Positions 37,537-48,500 of a DNA stretch of 64,000 bases are shown here, piece by piece. This DNA comes from Amphiscolops sp. MND2022 (taxonomy: Eukaryota). A program made the position numbers and the translations under genes. Each line of letters begins with the position of its first letter. The first letter of the stretch is position 1. The stretch is taken from contig OZ076409.1 of NCBI GenBank assembly GCA_964187785.1, positions 81,656,001 through 81,720,000 on the forward strand, in the 5' to 3' direction. Under the pieces are notes generated by a model. It had not been told where the DNA came from. It saw only the letters and a program-made list of their open reading frames with translations, and made no database searches.

Positions 37537-37924
37537 TGCTTCCACCATACTTTCTAGGATCAATATTCTCCTTGTTTTCTCCGTCTACGTTGTCCCCGTC
37601 ATCCTCCTCCGCCACAGAATCAACAAATGAGGGTTTCTTAATTTTTTTGCAATTTTTTGTAACTTTTTTGGTATTCGACGGTTGTAGAACTGATTTTCCT
37701 TTCCACAGTAGAATTTCAAACTCTTCTTTTGTCAACGTGATTTTTTGAACCAGAGCAAATTCGGCGTCTGGCTTCTTTTTGAAGAGTTTTAGAAACACGT
37801 AGGTTCCTGTATGCTCGTATGTTTTCACCGTTGCTCGCAATATTCTGTTGGATTTTTCTGATAAGTCACAGTAATAGTCTCCAAAATCCTCGTCCTTAGC
37901 AAGAGTAAAATCACCAGAGAACAT
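37529..37924 (-). CDS. Hypothetical protein, possibly PC4-like ssDNA-binding, copy 1
   Basis: RATVKTY..GTYVFLKLF...KITLTKEEFEIL resembles the PC4 beta-sheet/helix pattern; basic then acidic tail. Confidence 0.5.
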   Translation of the reverse strand: MFSGDFTLAKDEDFGDYYCDLSEKSNRILRATVKTYEHTGTYVFLKLFKKKPDAEFALVQKITLTKEEFEILLWKGKSVLQPSNTKKVTKNCKKIKKPSFVDSVAEEDDGDNVDGENKENIDPRKYGGSNV

Positions 37925-38338
37925 TCTGAATGTTGGAAACAAAATCAAAAGTATGAAGAACCTGGTAAATATTGCAAGGTCAATGTCTGAGGTGGGCGGG
38001 CTTTTATGGTTCAAGGTTTGGTCACCCTGCTTTAATCTTTCATGTAAACAACAAACGCTTGCACCGCCGACTGATAAATCAAGATCATTGCCACCCACGT
38101 TGATCTTTCAAGTAGACAGCAAACGCCCAGGCCACGACACTGGTGTTAAAATTCAAAACATCTGAAAAATCAAAATAGACTCGATGTAATAATTCAAAAC
38201 ACATTGTTACCATGTGGAAATCGGACCACCGTGAGAAACAAAAAACTGTAGATTCACTAGCGTTCAAAACTCAAGCCGTTATTCGATAAATTCGCTACCG
38301 CTCAAACAGTTGGTCTTGTCCAAGTCGACGATTCAACT

Positions 38339-40204
38339 ATGGCTACTGTCTTTACACATTTTACAAGCAAACGCTTCATCATTTATGAAACACAATTTCA
38401 AAAAGCGCTCTCAATAATTGAACAGATGAGGTCTGACGAAAATGACCGGTGGGAAACAAAGCAACATATTCTGTTACCAAACATGGTCTATCACAAGTTG
38501 AGCAAACAACCGACTGAAAAGACGATTCTGGAAAGAAAGAGAAAGATTGACTCTGTGTACTGTGAAGCAGCGTCTAACTGGGATATAGAAAGTCTTCATC
38601 GTTGTGACCTACCAATGCTACCTATACAAATCAAACGCATCCTGTGTAGAGACGACTGCGCAATGGTTCCATTAACGGAGAATCAAATGGGTTTCTTCAG
38701 GGAGGTTGATTCACTTGAAGATTTTTGGGGAGTTGAACATGATCCTGAATCTCCATCACCACAAGTCTCCCCAGAAGTTCTGGTCTGTACAACAGAAGAC
38801 GAAGAGACGAAAGATGGTGATCAAAGAAACGAAAAACCATTACGAAATCAAAACGCAAACAGAGAAGTCGGTCCGATTTCTTTTCAAAAGTCAAAAATGT
38901 TGCCTAATATTTTAGCACTCGAAGCTTCACATAGTTCCCTCGACATTTTTGAGCGATCACCAGTTTTGATTACATTTGACTCTTCCTTTGAACAAAAGAT
39001 TGGCCCGATTTACTCCCCCAATGGACCAACATTGGAATTTGAAGTTGTAGGAGACCGAAATAATTTTATGGACCTACAAAAAATTTTTCTCGAGATAAAA
39101 TGCAAAATTAAACAAAGCGATGGAAATGACTTACGATATGATGCAACGGATCCAACACAAACAGACACTCCTATTTTTGTGAATAATACATTACACTCTC
39201 TATTCTCCGAATGCACTGTTACTGCTAATGGAATAAAAATTTCCAATGCAAACGGTGTTTACGCACACAAGGCCTTTATTGAAACCGAATATTCGAATGG
39301 CAAGGAAGCCAAAGATACATGGTTACGTTGCCAAGGATATACATATGAGCAGCATCCTGGGAACAGTACAACAACTCCATTTACAAACAGAGAATTGGAG
39401 TCGAGACAGTCTGGAGAATTAACATTTTTTGGAAAAGTTGCAGCTGATGTATTTTCTTGTGATAAACATTTACTGAGTGGAGTGACTTTGCGAATTTCTT
39501 TTGTCCGTTCGAAACCAGAGTTTGTTTTGATTCATGATGACGTTGCAAAAAACTACAAAATTACCATTACCCAAGCCAATCTTTACGTCCGGAAAATGAC
39601 AGTTTCTGAGCAGGTTTTCATAGCCATAGAGAAAACTCTGACAAAAACTCCAGCTCTGTATCGGTACACAGAGGTTCTACCCAAAACTTTTCTCATTCCG
39701 ACAGGTAGTCGCAGTTGGAGTAAGGAAGACGTTTTCAGTCGAGAACCAATTCGACGATTCGCTTTGGCGCTCGTCAGTAATGCGTCTTATCTTGGTTCAA
39801 AAGACACAAATCCATTTCATTACCAAAAACATAACCTAAACGAAGTTACTGTTTACCGGAATGGATACCCTGTTGCAGGAACTCCTTTGGCAACAGATGA
39901 TCTAAAACGAGTTTACATGTCAACAATGGATGCTCTCGCCTTTGGTCATCATGGACATGGAATTCCTTTCGCCGACTATGCTAATCATTTTGTAATGGTG
40001 TTTGACCTGACTAGCACCCAATATGCATCTCATGATTTTCTTTATCCTGAGCTCACTAACGCTGCCATTTCGCTCGAGTTGAAGTTTTCAGCAGCGCTGG
40101 CAGTGAACACTGAGGTTTTTCTGTTGGGCGAAAAAGCATCAACAATTTACATTGACTCTCATAGAAAAGTCTCCAAAAACGTCATGTTAAACCCTACCAC
40201 TTGA
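38339..40204 (+). CDS. Chimeric ORF: protein X (aa 1-161) + 25-aa linker + complete major capsid copy 2 (own ATG at 38897)
   Basis: The N-terminus matches ORF 42059-42658 up to the junction at 38820/38821. The C-terminal 435 aa are near-identical to MCP copy 1. Confidence 0.85.
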   Translation: MATVFTHFTSKRFIIYETQFQKALSIIEQMRSDENDRWETKQHILLPNMVYHKLSKQPTEKTILERKRKIDSVYCEAASNWDIESLHRCDLPMLPIQIKRILCRDDCAMVPLTENQMGFFREVDSLEDFWGVEHDPESPSPQVSPEVLVCTTEDEETKDGDQRNEKPLRNQNANREVGPISFQKSKMLPNILALEASHSSLDIFERSPVLITFDSSFEQKIGPIYSPNGPTLEFEVVGDRNNFMDLQKIFLEIKCKIKQSDGNDLRYDATDPTQTDTPIFVNNTLHSLFSECTVTANGIKISNANGVYAHKAFIETEYSNGKEAKDTWLRCQGYTYEQHPGNSTTTPFTNRELESRQSGELTFFGKVAADVFSCDKHLLSGVTLRISFVRSKPEFVLIHDDVAKNYKITITQANLYVRKMTVSEQVFIAIEKTLTKTPALYRYTEVLPKTFLIPTGSRSWSKEDVFSREPIRRFALALVSNASYLGSKDTNPFHYQKHNLNEVTVYRNGYPVAGTPLATDDLKRVYMSTMDALAFGHHGHGIPFADYANHFVMVFDLTSTQYASHDFLYPELTNAAISLELKFSAALAVNTEVFLLGEKASTIYIDSHRKVSKNVMLNPTT

Positions 40205-40207
40205 AAA

Positions 40208-40648
40208 ATGGATGAAAATTACATTGCCCACCTAATAAAAAACAGCCCAAGATTGAAATACAAGTTTGGAGGAATTTATCCCGCAGACAAGTTTCCTATC
40301 CTATTACCCAACAACACTTTTGTAATTGTCAATTCAGAAAACTCAAACAGCGCTGGGAAACATTGGATTGTTTGGAGCAACGTGAAAGGTACTTTCAACT
40401 TTGCAGATCCCCTTGGACTAGACCTATTTTTACATTACCCTAATATTGCTAAAAGAATCTCCGCGATACCAATCCAAGTTCAGCAGACATTAAAAGATGC
40501 CACAAAGACGCCGTTACAAAATCAAAATTCAAACTTGTGTGGTTTGTATTGTATTTATATTGCTCATTTTTTGTTAAGTTCGTATTATCCATTGATTTCT
40601 TACATTTCTGAAACTGATTTGCTTCGCTTTGTAAAAACTCTCATGTAA
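40208..40648 (+). CDS. Adenain-like cysteine protease, copy 2
   Basis: Identical to copy 1 except D4N. Confidence 0.92.
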   Translation: MDENYIAHLIKNSPRLKYKFGGIYPADKFPILLPNNTFVIVNSENSNSAGKHWIVWSNVKGTFNFADPLGLDLFLHYPNIAKRISAIPIQVQQTLKDATKTPLQNQNSNLCGLYCIYIAHFLLSSYYPLISYISETDLLRFVKTLM

Positions 40649-40678
40649 TTTAATGTTTAATTTCGAACATTTTTATTC

Positions 40679-41256
40679 TCAAACAATTTCATTCAGAGAA
40701 AAGGTTAGTACAGGCACAAAATTAAGCGATCCGTGACCAGTTTGAAAAATATCAGCAATGAGTAGGAAATGACCACCATACGGTCCAAGCATAACATTTT
40801 CCAAGCGTTGTATTGTTCCTTGACTCAACCCAGAGCTGACTTGCACAGCCTTGTCACATTTTTGAACAGAAAAACAGATTGATGGCAAGAGTTTCTTTGG
40901 GTTTCGATTAGGAGGGTCACAATTGTATTGAACGGCTTGATCCAATTTTTCAAAAATTTCACCACATATTTCCTTTTCATCACTGTTTGCAATTAGTAAG
41001 GCGTAGGTTGAATATAAACATGGTAATAAATAACTTTTGGGTTGCCCTTTATAATTTTCACCAAAACACTGGGCCAAAACATGATAGTGATTGTCTGGCA
41101 AAGCGTTACAAAGCCCATCATGCACAGGTGAGTGTAAGCCAATGGAAATAACAACATCTAATGGGAAGTCCACGCCAGCTTTGGGTTTTTCCTTGAATAA
41201 AAAGAAGCGAAAGTTTTTTCTAAATTGCTTAAGTAATCGGGAGAACGCTCAAACAT
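40679..41256 (-). pseudogene. Hypothetical protein Y, copy 2, frameshifted
   Basis: TTAAAGT in copy 1 reads TTAAGT at ~41230, which disconnects the MFERS start. Confidence 0.55.
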
Positions 41257-41644
41257 TGCTTCCACCATACTTTCTAGGATCAATATTCTCCTTGTTTTCT
41301 CCGTCTACGTTGTCCCCGTCATCCTCCTCCGCCACAGAATCAACAAATGAGGGTTTCTTAATTTTTTTGCACTTTTTTGTAACTTTTTTGATATTCGACG
41401 GTTGTAGAACTGATTTTCCTTTCCACAGTAGAATTTCAAACTCTTCTTTTGTCAACGTGATTTTTTGAACCAGAGCAAATTCGGCGTCTGGCTTCTTTTT
41501 GAAGAGTTTTAGAAACACGTAGGTTCCTGTATGCTCGTATGTTTTCACCGTTGCTCGCAATATTCTGTTGGATTTTTCTGATAAGTCACAGTAATAGTCT
41601 CCAAAATCCTCGTCCTTAGCAAGAGTAAAATCACCAGAGAACAT
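41249..41644 (-). CDS. Possible PC4-like protein, copy 2
   Basis: Duplicate of 37529-37924 with two amino-acid changes. Confidence 0.5.
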   Translation of the reverse strand: MFSGDFTLAKDEDFGDYYCDLSEKSNRILRATVKTYEHTGTYVFLKLFKKKPDAEFALVQKITLTKEEFEILLWKGKSVLQPSNIKKVTKKCKKIKKPSFVDSVAEEDDGDNVDGENKENIDPRKYGGSNV

Positions 41645-42058
41645 TCTGAATGTTGGAAACAAAATCAAAAGTATGAAGAACCTGGTAAATATTGCAAGGT
41701 CAATGTCTGAGGTGGGCGGGCTTTTATGGTTCAAGGTTTGGTCACCCTGCTTTAATCTTTCATGTAAACAACAAACGCTTGCACCGCCGACTGATAAATC
41801 AAGATCATTGCCACCCACGTTGATCTTTCAAGTAGACAGCAAACGCCCAGGCCACGACACTGGTGTTAAAATTCAAAACATCTGAAAAATCAAAATAGAC
41901 TCGATGTAATAATTCAAAACACATTGTTACCATGTGGAAATCGGACCACCGTGAGAAACAAAAAACTGTAGATTCACTAGCGTTCAAAACTCAAGCCGTT
42001 ATTCGATAAATTCGCTACCGCTCAAACAGTTGGTCTTGTCCAAGTCGACGATTCAACT

Positions 42059-42658
42059 ATGGCTACTGTCTTTACACATTTTACAAGCAAACGCTTCATC
42101 ATTTATGAAACACAATTTCAAAAAGCGCTCTCAATAATTGAACAGATGAGGTCTGACGAAAATGACCGGTGGGAAACAAAGCAACATATTCTGTTACCAA
42201 ACATGGTCTATCACAAGTTGAGCAAACAACCGACTGAAAAGACGATTCTGGAAAGAAAGAGAAAGATTGACTCTGTGGACTGTGAAGCAGCGTCTAACTG
42301 GGATATAGAAAGTCTTCATCGTTGTGACCTACCAATGCTACCTATAAAAATCAAACGCATCCTGTGTAGAGACGACTGCGCAATGGTTCCATTAACGGAG
42401 AATCAAATGGGTTTCTTCAGGGAGGTTGATTCACTTGAAGATTTTTGGGGAGTTGAACATGATCCTGAATCTCCATCACCACAAGTCTCCCCAGAAGTTC
42501 TGGTCTGTACAACAGAAGACGAAGAGACGAAAGATGGTGATGATCTAACAGTGAGTCCTCAAATTGTGACGCCTGATAGTACTCGAACTGCAGCGTTGGA
42601 GCCACCACCAGTGAAGAAGGCAAATCAGCAGGAAAAGAAACTTTTGAAGCGATTCTAA
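42059..42658 (+). CDS. Polinton hypothetical protein X (intact copy)
   Basis: 199-aa ORF with an acidic Pro/Ser-rich region and a basic C-terminal NLS-like tail. Confidence 0.6.
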   Translation: MATVFTHFTSKRFIIYETQFQKALSIIEQMRSDENDRWETKQHILLPNMVYHKLSKQPTEKTILERKRKIDSVDCEAASNWDIESLHRCDLPMLPIKIKRILCRDDCAMVPLTENQMGFFREVDSLEDFWGVEHDPESPSPQVSPEVLVCTTEDEETKDGDDLTVSPQIVTPDSTRTAALEPPPVKKANQQEKKLLKRF

Positions 42659-42787
42659 CCAATCTAACAAATACTGTCAAAAGCTTACTAACCAATCTAA
42701 CCAAATACTGTCAAAAGCTTACTAACCACGTCGAAATTTAAAGACATTTTATGCAGAGTTCTGTTTAAAGTAGCCTAGGAAATCGTT

Positions 42788-45240
42788 TTTGAGAGTTGAG
42801 TTTGCGAAAAATTTACAAGACTTTTCCACAGGAGTAAATTTCAAAAGTCGCGTAGTTTACGAGATTTTGAACATTTTTTAAACTCAATTTTTGATCATTT
42901 TCGGTCAAAAAAACAAACATTTCTCAACATTGAAAAAAGTTTCGGAGCCAAAATTTGGCACACAACTAGAAAAGAGGACGCTGAAAACGCTGGTGAAAAC
43001 CGCAGGGCGCTAGCTTTACCGAGTGTTGAGATTTTGACCAAAAAATGCATTTTTTTAAAATGCCATTTTTTGACAAAAAATGTCAATTTTCTCAAAAACT
43101 GTTGGTCGGATCGGTCTGAAAATTTGCAGGTAGGTGCGCAAGACGATTTTGAAAAAATGAAATTCGAAAAAGGGGGGTGCATGGAAATTTTGATTTTTTT
43201 GAAAAAATGGAAAAATTCATTTTGCACTCCTCTATTATAGGCGAAATTTGATTGTTCAAGCAGTCAAAGTTGTTTAGAAACCAAATTTGAGAGTTGAGTT
43301 TGTGAAAAATTTACAAGACTTTTCCATAGGAGTAAATTTCAAAAGTCGCGTAGTTTACGAGATTTTGAACATTTTTTAAACTCAATTTTTGATCATTTTC
43401 GGTCAAAAAAACAAACATTTCTCAACATTGAAAAAAGTTTCGGAGCCAAAATTTGGCACACAACTAGAAAAGAGGACGCTGAAAACGCTGGTGAAAACCG
43501 CAGGGCGCTAGCTTTACCGAGTGTTGAGATTTTGACCAAAAAATGCATTTTTTTAAAATGCCATTTTTTGACAAAAAATGCCAATTTTCTCAAAAACTGT
43601 TGGTCGGATCGGTCTGAAAATTTGCAGGTAGGTGCGCAAGACGATTTCGAAAAAATGAAATTCGAAAAAGGGGGGTGCATGGAAATTTTGATTTTTTTGA
43701 AAAAATGGAAAAATTCACTTTGCACTCCTCTATTATAGGCGAAATTTGATTGTTCAAGCAGTCAAAGTTGTTTAGAAACCAAATTTGAGAGTTGAGTTTG
43801 TGAAAAATTTACAAGACTTTTCCACAGGAGTAAATTTCAAAAGTCGCGTAGTTTACGAGATTTTGAACATTTTTTAAACTCAATTTTTGATCATTTTCGG
43901 TCAAAAAAACAAACATTTCTCAACATTGAAAAAAGTTAAGGAGCCAAAATTTGGCACACAACTAGAAAAGAGGACGCTGAAAACGCTGGTGAAAACCGCA
44001 GGGCGCTAGCTTTACCGAGTGTTGAGATTTTGACCAAAAAATGCATTTTTTTAAAATGCCATTTTTTGACAAAAAATGTCAATTTTCTCAAAAACTGTTG
44101 GTCGGATCGGTCTGAAAATTTGCAGGCAGGTGCGCAAGACGATTTTGAAAAAATGAAATTCGAAAAAGGGGGGTGCATGGAAATTTTGATTTTTTTTTAA
44201 AAAATGGAAAAATTCACTTTGCACTCCTCTATTATAGGCGAAATTTGATTGTTCAAGCAGTCAAAGTTGTTTAGAAACCAAATTTGAGAGTTGAGTTTGT
44301 GAAAAATTTACAAGACTTTTCCATAGGAGTAAATTTCAAAAGTCGCGTAGTTTACGAGATTTTGAACATTTTTTAAACTCAATTTTTGATCATTTTCGGT
44401 CAAAAAAAACAAACATTTCTCAACATTGAAAAAAGTTTCGGAGCCAAAATTTGGCACACAACTAGAAAAGAGGACGCTGAAAACGCTGGTGAAAACCGCA
44501 GGGCGCTAGTTTTACCGAGTGTTGAGATTTTGACCAAAAAATGCATTTTTTTAAAATGCCATTTTTTGACAAAAAATGCCAATTTTCTCAAAAACTGTTG
44601 GTCGGATCGGTCTGAAAATTTGCAGGTAGGTGCGCAAGACGATTTCGAAAAAATGAAATTCGAAAAAGGGGGGTGCATGGAAATTTTGATTTTTTTGAAA
44701 AAATGGAAAAATTCACTTCGCACTCCTCTATTATAGGCGAAATTTGATTGTTCAAGCAGTCAAAGTTGTTTAGAAACCAATTTTGAGAGTTGAGTTTGTG
44801 AAAACTTTACAAGACTTTTCCACATGTGTAAATTTCAAAAGTCGCGTAGTTTACGAGATTTTGAACATTTTTTAAACTCAATTTTTGATCATTTTCGGTC
44901 AAAAAAACAAACATTTCTCAACATTGAAAAAAGTTTCGGAGCCAAAATTTGGCACACAACTAGAAAAGAGGACGCTGAAAACGCTGGTGAAAACCGCAGG
45001 GCGCTAGCTTTACCGAGTGTTGAGATTTTGACCAAAAAATGCATTTTTTTAAAATGCCATTTTTTGACAAAAAATGTCAATTTTCTCAAAAACTGTTGGT
45101 CGGATCGGTCTGAAAATTTGCAGGTAGGTGCGCAAGACGATTTTGAAAAAATGAAATTCGAAAAAGGGGGGGTGCATGGAAAATTTGACCTTTTTGAAAA
45201 AATGAAAAAAAATTCCCGTTCCTCCCCCCCCCCCCTATAA
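42788..45240. repeat. 498/499-bp tandem array, ~4.9 units, inside the Polinton
   Basis: GAGAGTTGAG unit starts at 42791, 43289, 43787, 44286 and 44785. Confidence 0.97.
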
Positions 45241-45588
45241 TGCCCAGCAGTCAATATACGGAAACAAAAAAGTTAGTCGAACATGCATACAATTTTCCTG
45301 GAAAAAACATGGCGCCTGGAATACCGTAAAAGGTGGTCGAATCAAAATTTAAAGAAATCCAGTCTCTCGGGATACCATAATTGGTTATCGCCTTGTTAAA
45401 AGTCGAACATGCAAACAATTTTCCTGGTAAAAATGGCACCTGGGATACCATAAATAGTGATCGAATCAGAATTCAAAGAATTCAGTCGCTCGGGATACCA
45501 TAAATGGTAATCACCTCCTTAATTGATCGGAGCGAAGTGCAAAAACATTTTCTCAATCTCAACATTGAGGAACACTCGACTTTCCAAA

Positions 45589-48500
45589 ATGGGTGTGGAG
45601 TGTGATCTTTGTCTAAAAACATATAGTTCTTTGAGAAATTTGCGTCGGCACAAGCAAAATATACACAACACACAACCCAAAGTTCAACCTTTTGCTTGCT
45701 CCGATTGTGATTTTCAAAACACTTCTCTGGTTACGATGAAACAACATTTTTTACAAAAACATGGACATATAATAGTAAATCATTGCCTTTATTGCAACAT
45801 AGTTTACGGTGAAGCTATGAAATACTCGTATCATCTTGAGCATGATCATGGTTTACCAACAATATTTACACCCCGCGAAAATGACAACATCGAAAGAATG
45901 ACCGGTTATCAACAGGTGGAAAAAGCCTTTTGGGGATCATTGGAAACGTATCAACTCAAGCGAAGGATCACATCAATTGATTTATTCGAACTACTTTGTA
46001 AGGAAAAAAATCAAATACAAAACCTTATTAGAGAAAAATGTCGCAATGGACCCACGAAATTTCAATTAACAACTGAATTGAAGTTAGTTAAACCGAAAGT
46101 TGATGATGACTCTCAAGAGACAATCACAATTTATACCAACACAAAGTTGCAACCAGTTTACTTTTATGGGATCACAGACAACGACTATTATCAATTGATA
46201 GAACAACTTACTTCAGCTTTATTTACTTTTGCATCCCAAGGAAGTGGGTGGATTTTGTCCGAAATTAAAAACCTTTTTGTTAAATTTACATCCTATTCTC
46301 CCATTCGGGGTAGCTCTTACATCGCACTTCCAAATAAACTTCAAGGTTGTAGGTCACTACTCAATATTCGGAACATTGAAGATGAGAATTGCTTTATATA
46401 TTGTTATACGGCCGCTTACCACTTGCACACAGACATACCATTGGTTGAAACAAGTTCGTGGCGCTGCAAAACAATCCCAGGCACTTATAATCCTACATAT
46501 AATCCTCTGGCAAAAAAGCATGCAGGCAACTTTCGGATGCCAATGCCGTTTCATGAACTTGAACGATTCGAAAAACTCAACAAAGTCCAAGTCAATGTGT
46601 TTATATTGGAGAAGAAAGATTTGTTACCTCTCAGAGTCTCTAAATTCCCTAGTGACTTTATCATGGATCTTTTATTGTTGTCAGAAGGAGGTTCTCATCA
46701 CTACGTACTGATTACTGATTTGAAACATTTTGTAAACTTTTTGAAAAATAAACAAAGTAGATCGAGGGATGAAATTTGCAGAAACTGTTTTCATATTTGT
46801 AGTTCAACCGGGAGTTTCGAAATACACAAGCTCAACTGTTACGAAAACGAGGCCGCGGCGATCATTTTACCCGATGAGCATAAAAACATACATCAATTCA
46901 AAAATACAAGAGCAGTTTGGTTTGTTCCACTGGTTATTTACCTTGATACTGAAGCGCTCCTAGTGCCTTTATCTACATGCGCTCCTTCACCCAGTATTAG
47001 CAGTCAAGTAAAGTTGGAAAAACATGTGCCTTGTGGTTATGCTTTTGTAATTGTAGAACATGGAAATGATAAAGTTTTGTCTTACAGAATCATGCGAGTT
47101 CCCGATTGCTTGGACGATTTAATAAAAGAATTGGAAAAATTGGCAACAGACATTTATCATAGAAAACAAAGTCACCGAATTTACAAGGGCAACCCTTCGA
47201 CGCACAAAGACACTGTAAATGATTGTTGGATTTGTAAAAAACCTTTCACGAATGACGAGCAGAAAGTGTTGGACCATTGTCATTACAGTGGTACATTCCT
47301 AGGGTGGGCACATTCAGAATGTAATCTACAAAGGAAGTCAATAAACTTCACCCCCGTGATAGCACACAACATGGCTGGATATGATATACACCACATTTGT
47401 TCGGCAATCAACAATTGTAATCCAAAGAACAAGTTTTCAGTTATTCCTACAACTGACGAAAAGTACATTTCCTTCACATTTTCTGTGTGGGTAAACTCAT
47501 ATACTGACAAGAATGGAATGACAAAAAATGTATATGAAGACATGCGATTCTTGGACTCTTTCAAGTTCATGCCCCAGTCACTAGATAAACTGGCGGGTTT
47601 CTTACCACAGGATAAATTCATTTATCTGGAGAGTCAATTCAATACATACAAAACACCGTCGCAAATTGACTTGCTGAAAAGGAAAGGTGTTTATCCCTAT
47701 TCATACATGGACAGTTTCGATAAATTTGCCGAGGAAAAGCTTCCCCCAAAAGAGTTTTGGAAAAACACTCTCGCAGGGGGTGAAGTCACAATTAGTGATC
47801 AGGATTTACAACATGCTAGTCTTGTATACCAAGAGTTTGATTGCAAAACACTAGGTCACTATCACGATTTATATTTACACACCGATGTTTTGATTTTGGC
47901 CTCGGTATTCGAAGAGTTTAGAAAAGTGTGTTATGCAACTTACGGACTGGATTGTGCTCATTTTTATACTGCGTCAAATTTGTCCGGTGAAGCCTTCCTT
48001 AAAGTGTGCAACGCAGATATCGAATTACTAACTAATCGAGAACACCTTGAAGTTGCTGAAAACCTAATCCGCGGAGGAATTTCTTCCGTGTTTGCAAAAC
48101 GCAAATTTGAAGCAAATAACAAATATCTACCAACATACAACTCTTCACAGAAGCAAACATTTGGGTTGTTTATTGATGCAAACAACTTGTATGGAGGAAT
48201 CATGGAAAAGTTCCCCTTGCCTTTAAAAAACTTTGTATTGAAAAGAGAAGGCGAAGTTGACCTACAAGAAATACTAAATACTCCAAATGACTCACCAGTT
48301 GGATATGTATTGGAAGTTGACTTGCATTATCCTGATCATTTGCACGATTTACACACTGATTTCCCTTTGGCTCCTACGAAGGAAACAATTAATTTTTTTT
48401 GGCTCGGTGAATATCAAACACGATTGCTGGAAATGAGTGGAACAAAGACCTTTTCAACAAAAAACAAAAAGTTGATCCAAACACTCTACGACAAAACCAA

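Larger units (their letters stand above)
35100..42540 (+). repeat. Tandem duplication of a ~3.72-kb unit (35100-38820 / 38821-42540)
   Basis: Direct comparison of the two units; at least 12 substitutions and one 1-bp indel seen. Confidence 0.97.

Noticed and set aside
42788..45240. CRISPR-like array, or repeated protein-coding ORFs (42895-45254)
   Set aside because: Units are near-identical along their whole length with no unique spacers and no cas genes. The ORFs occur on both strands and are broken by indels in some units.
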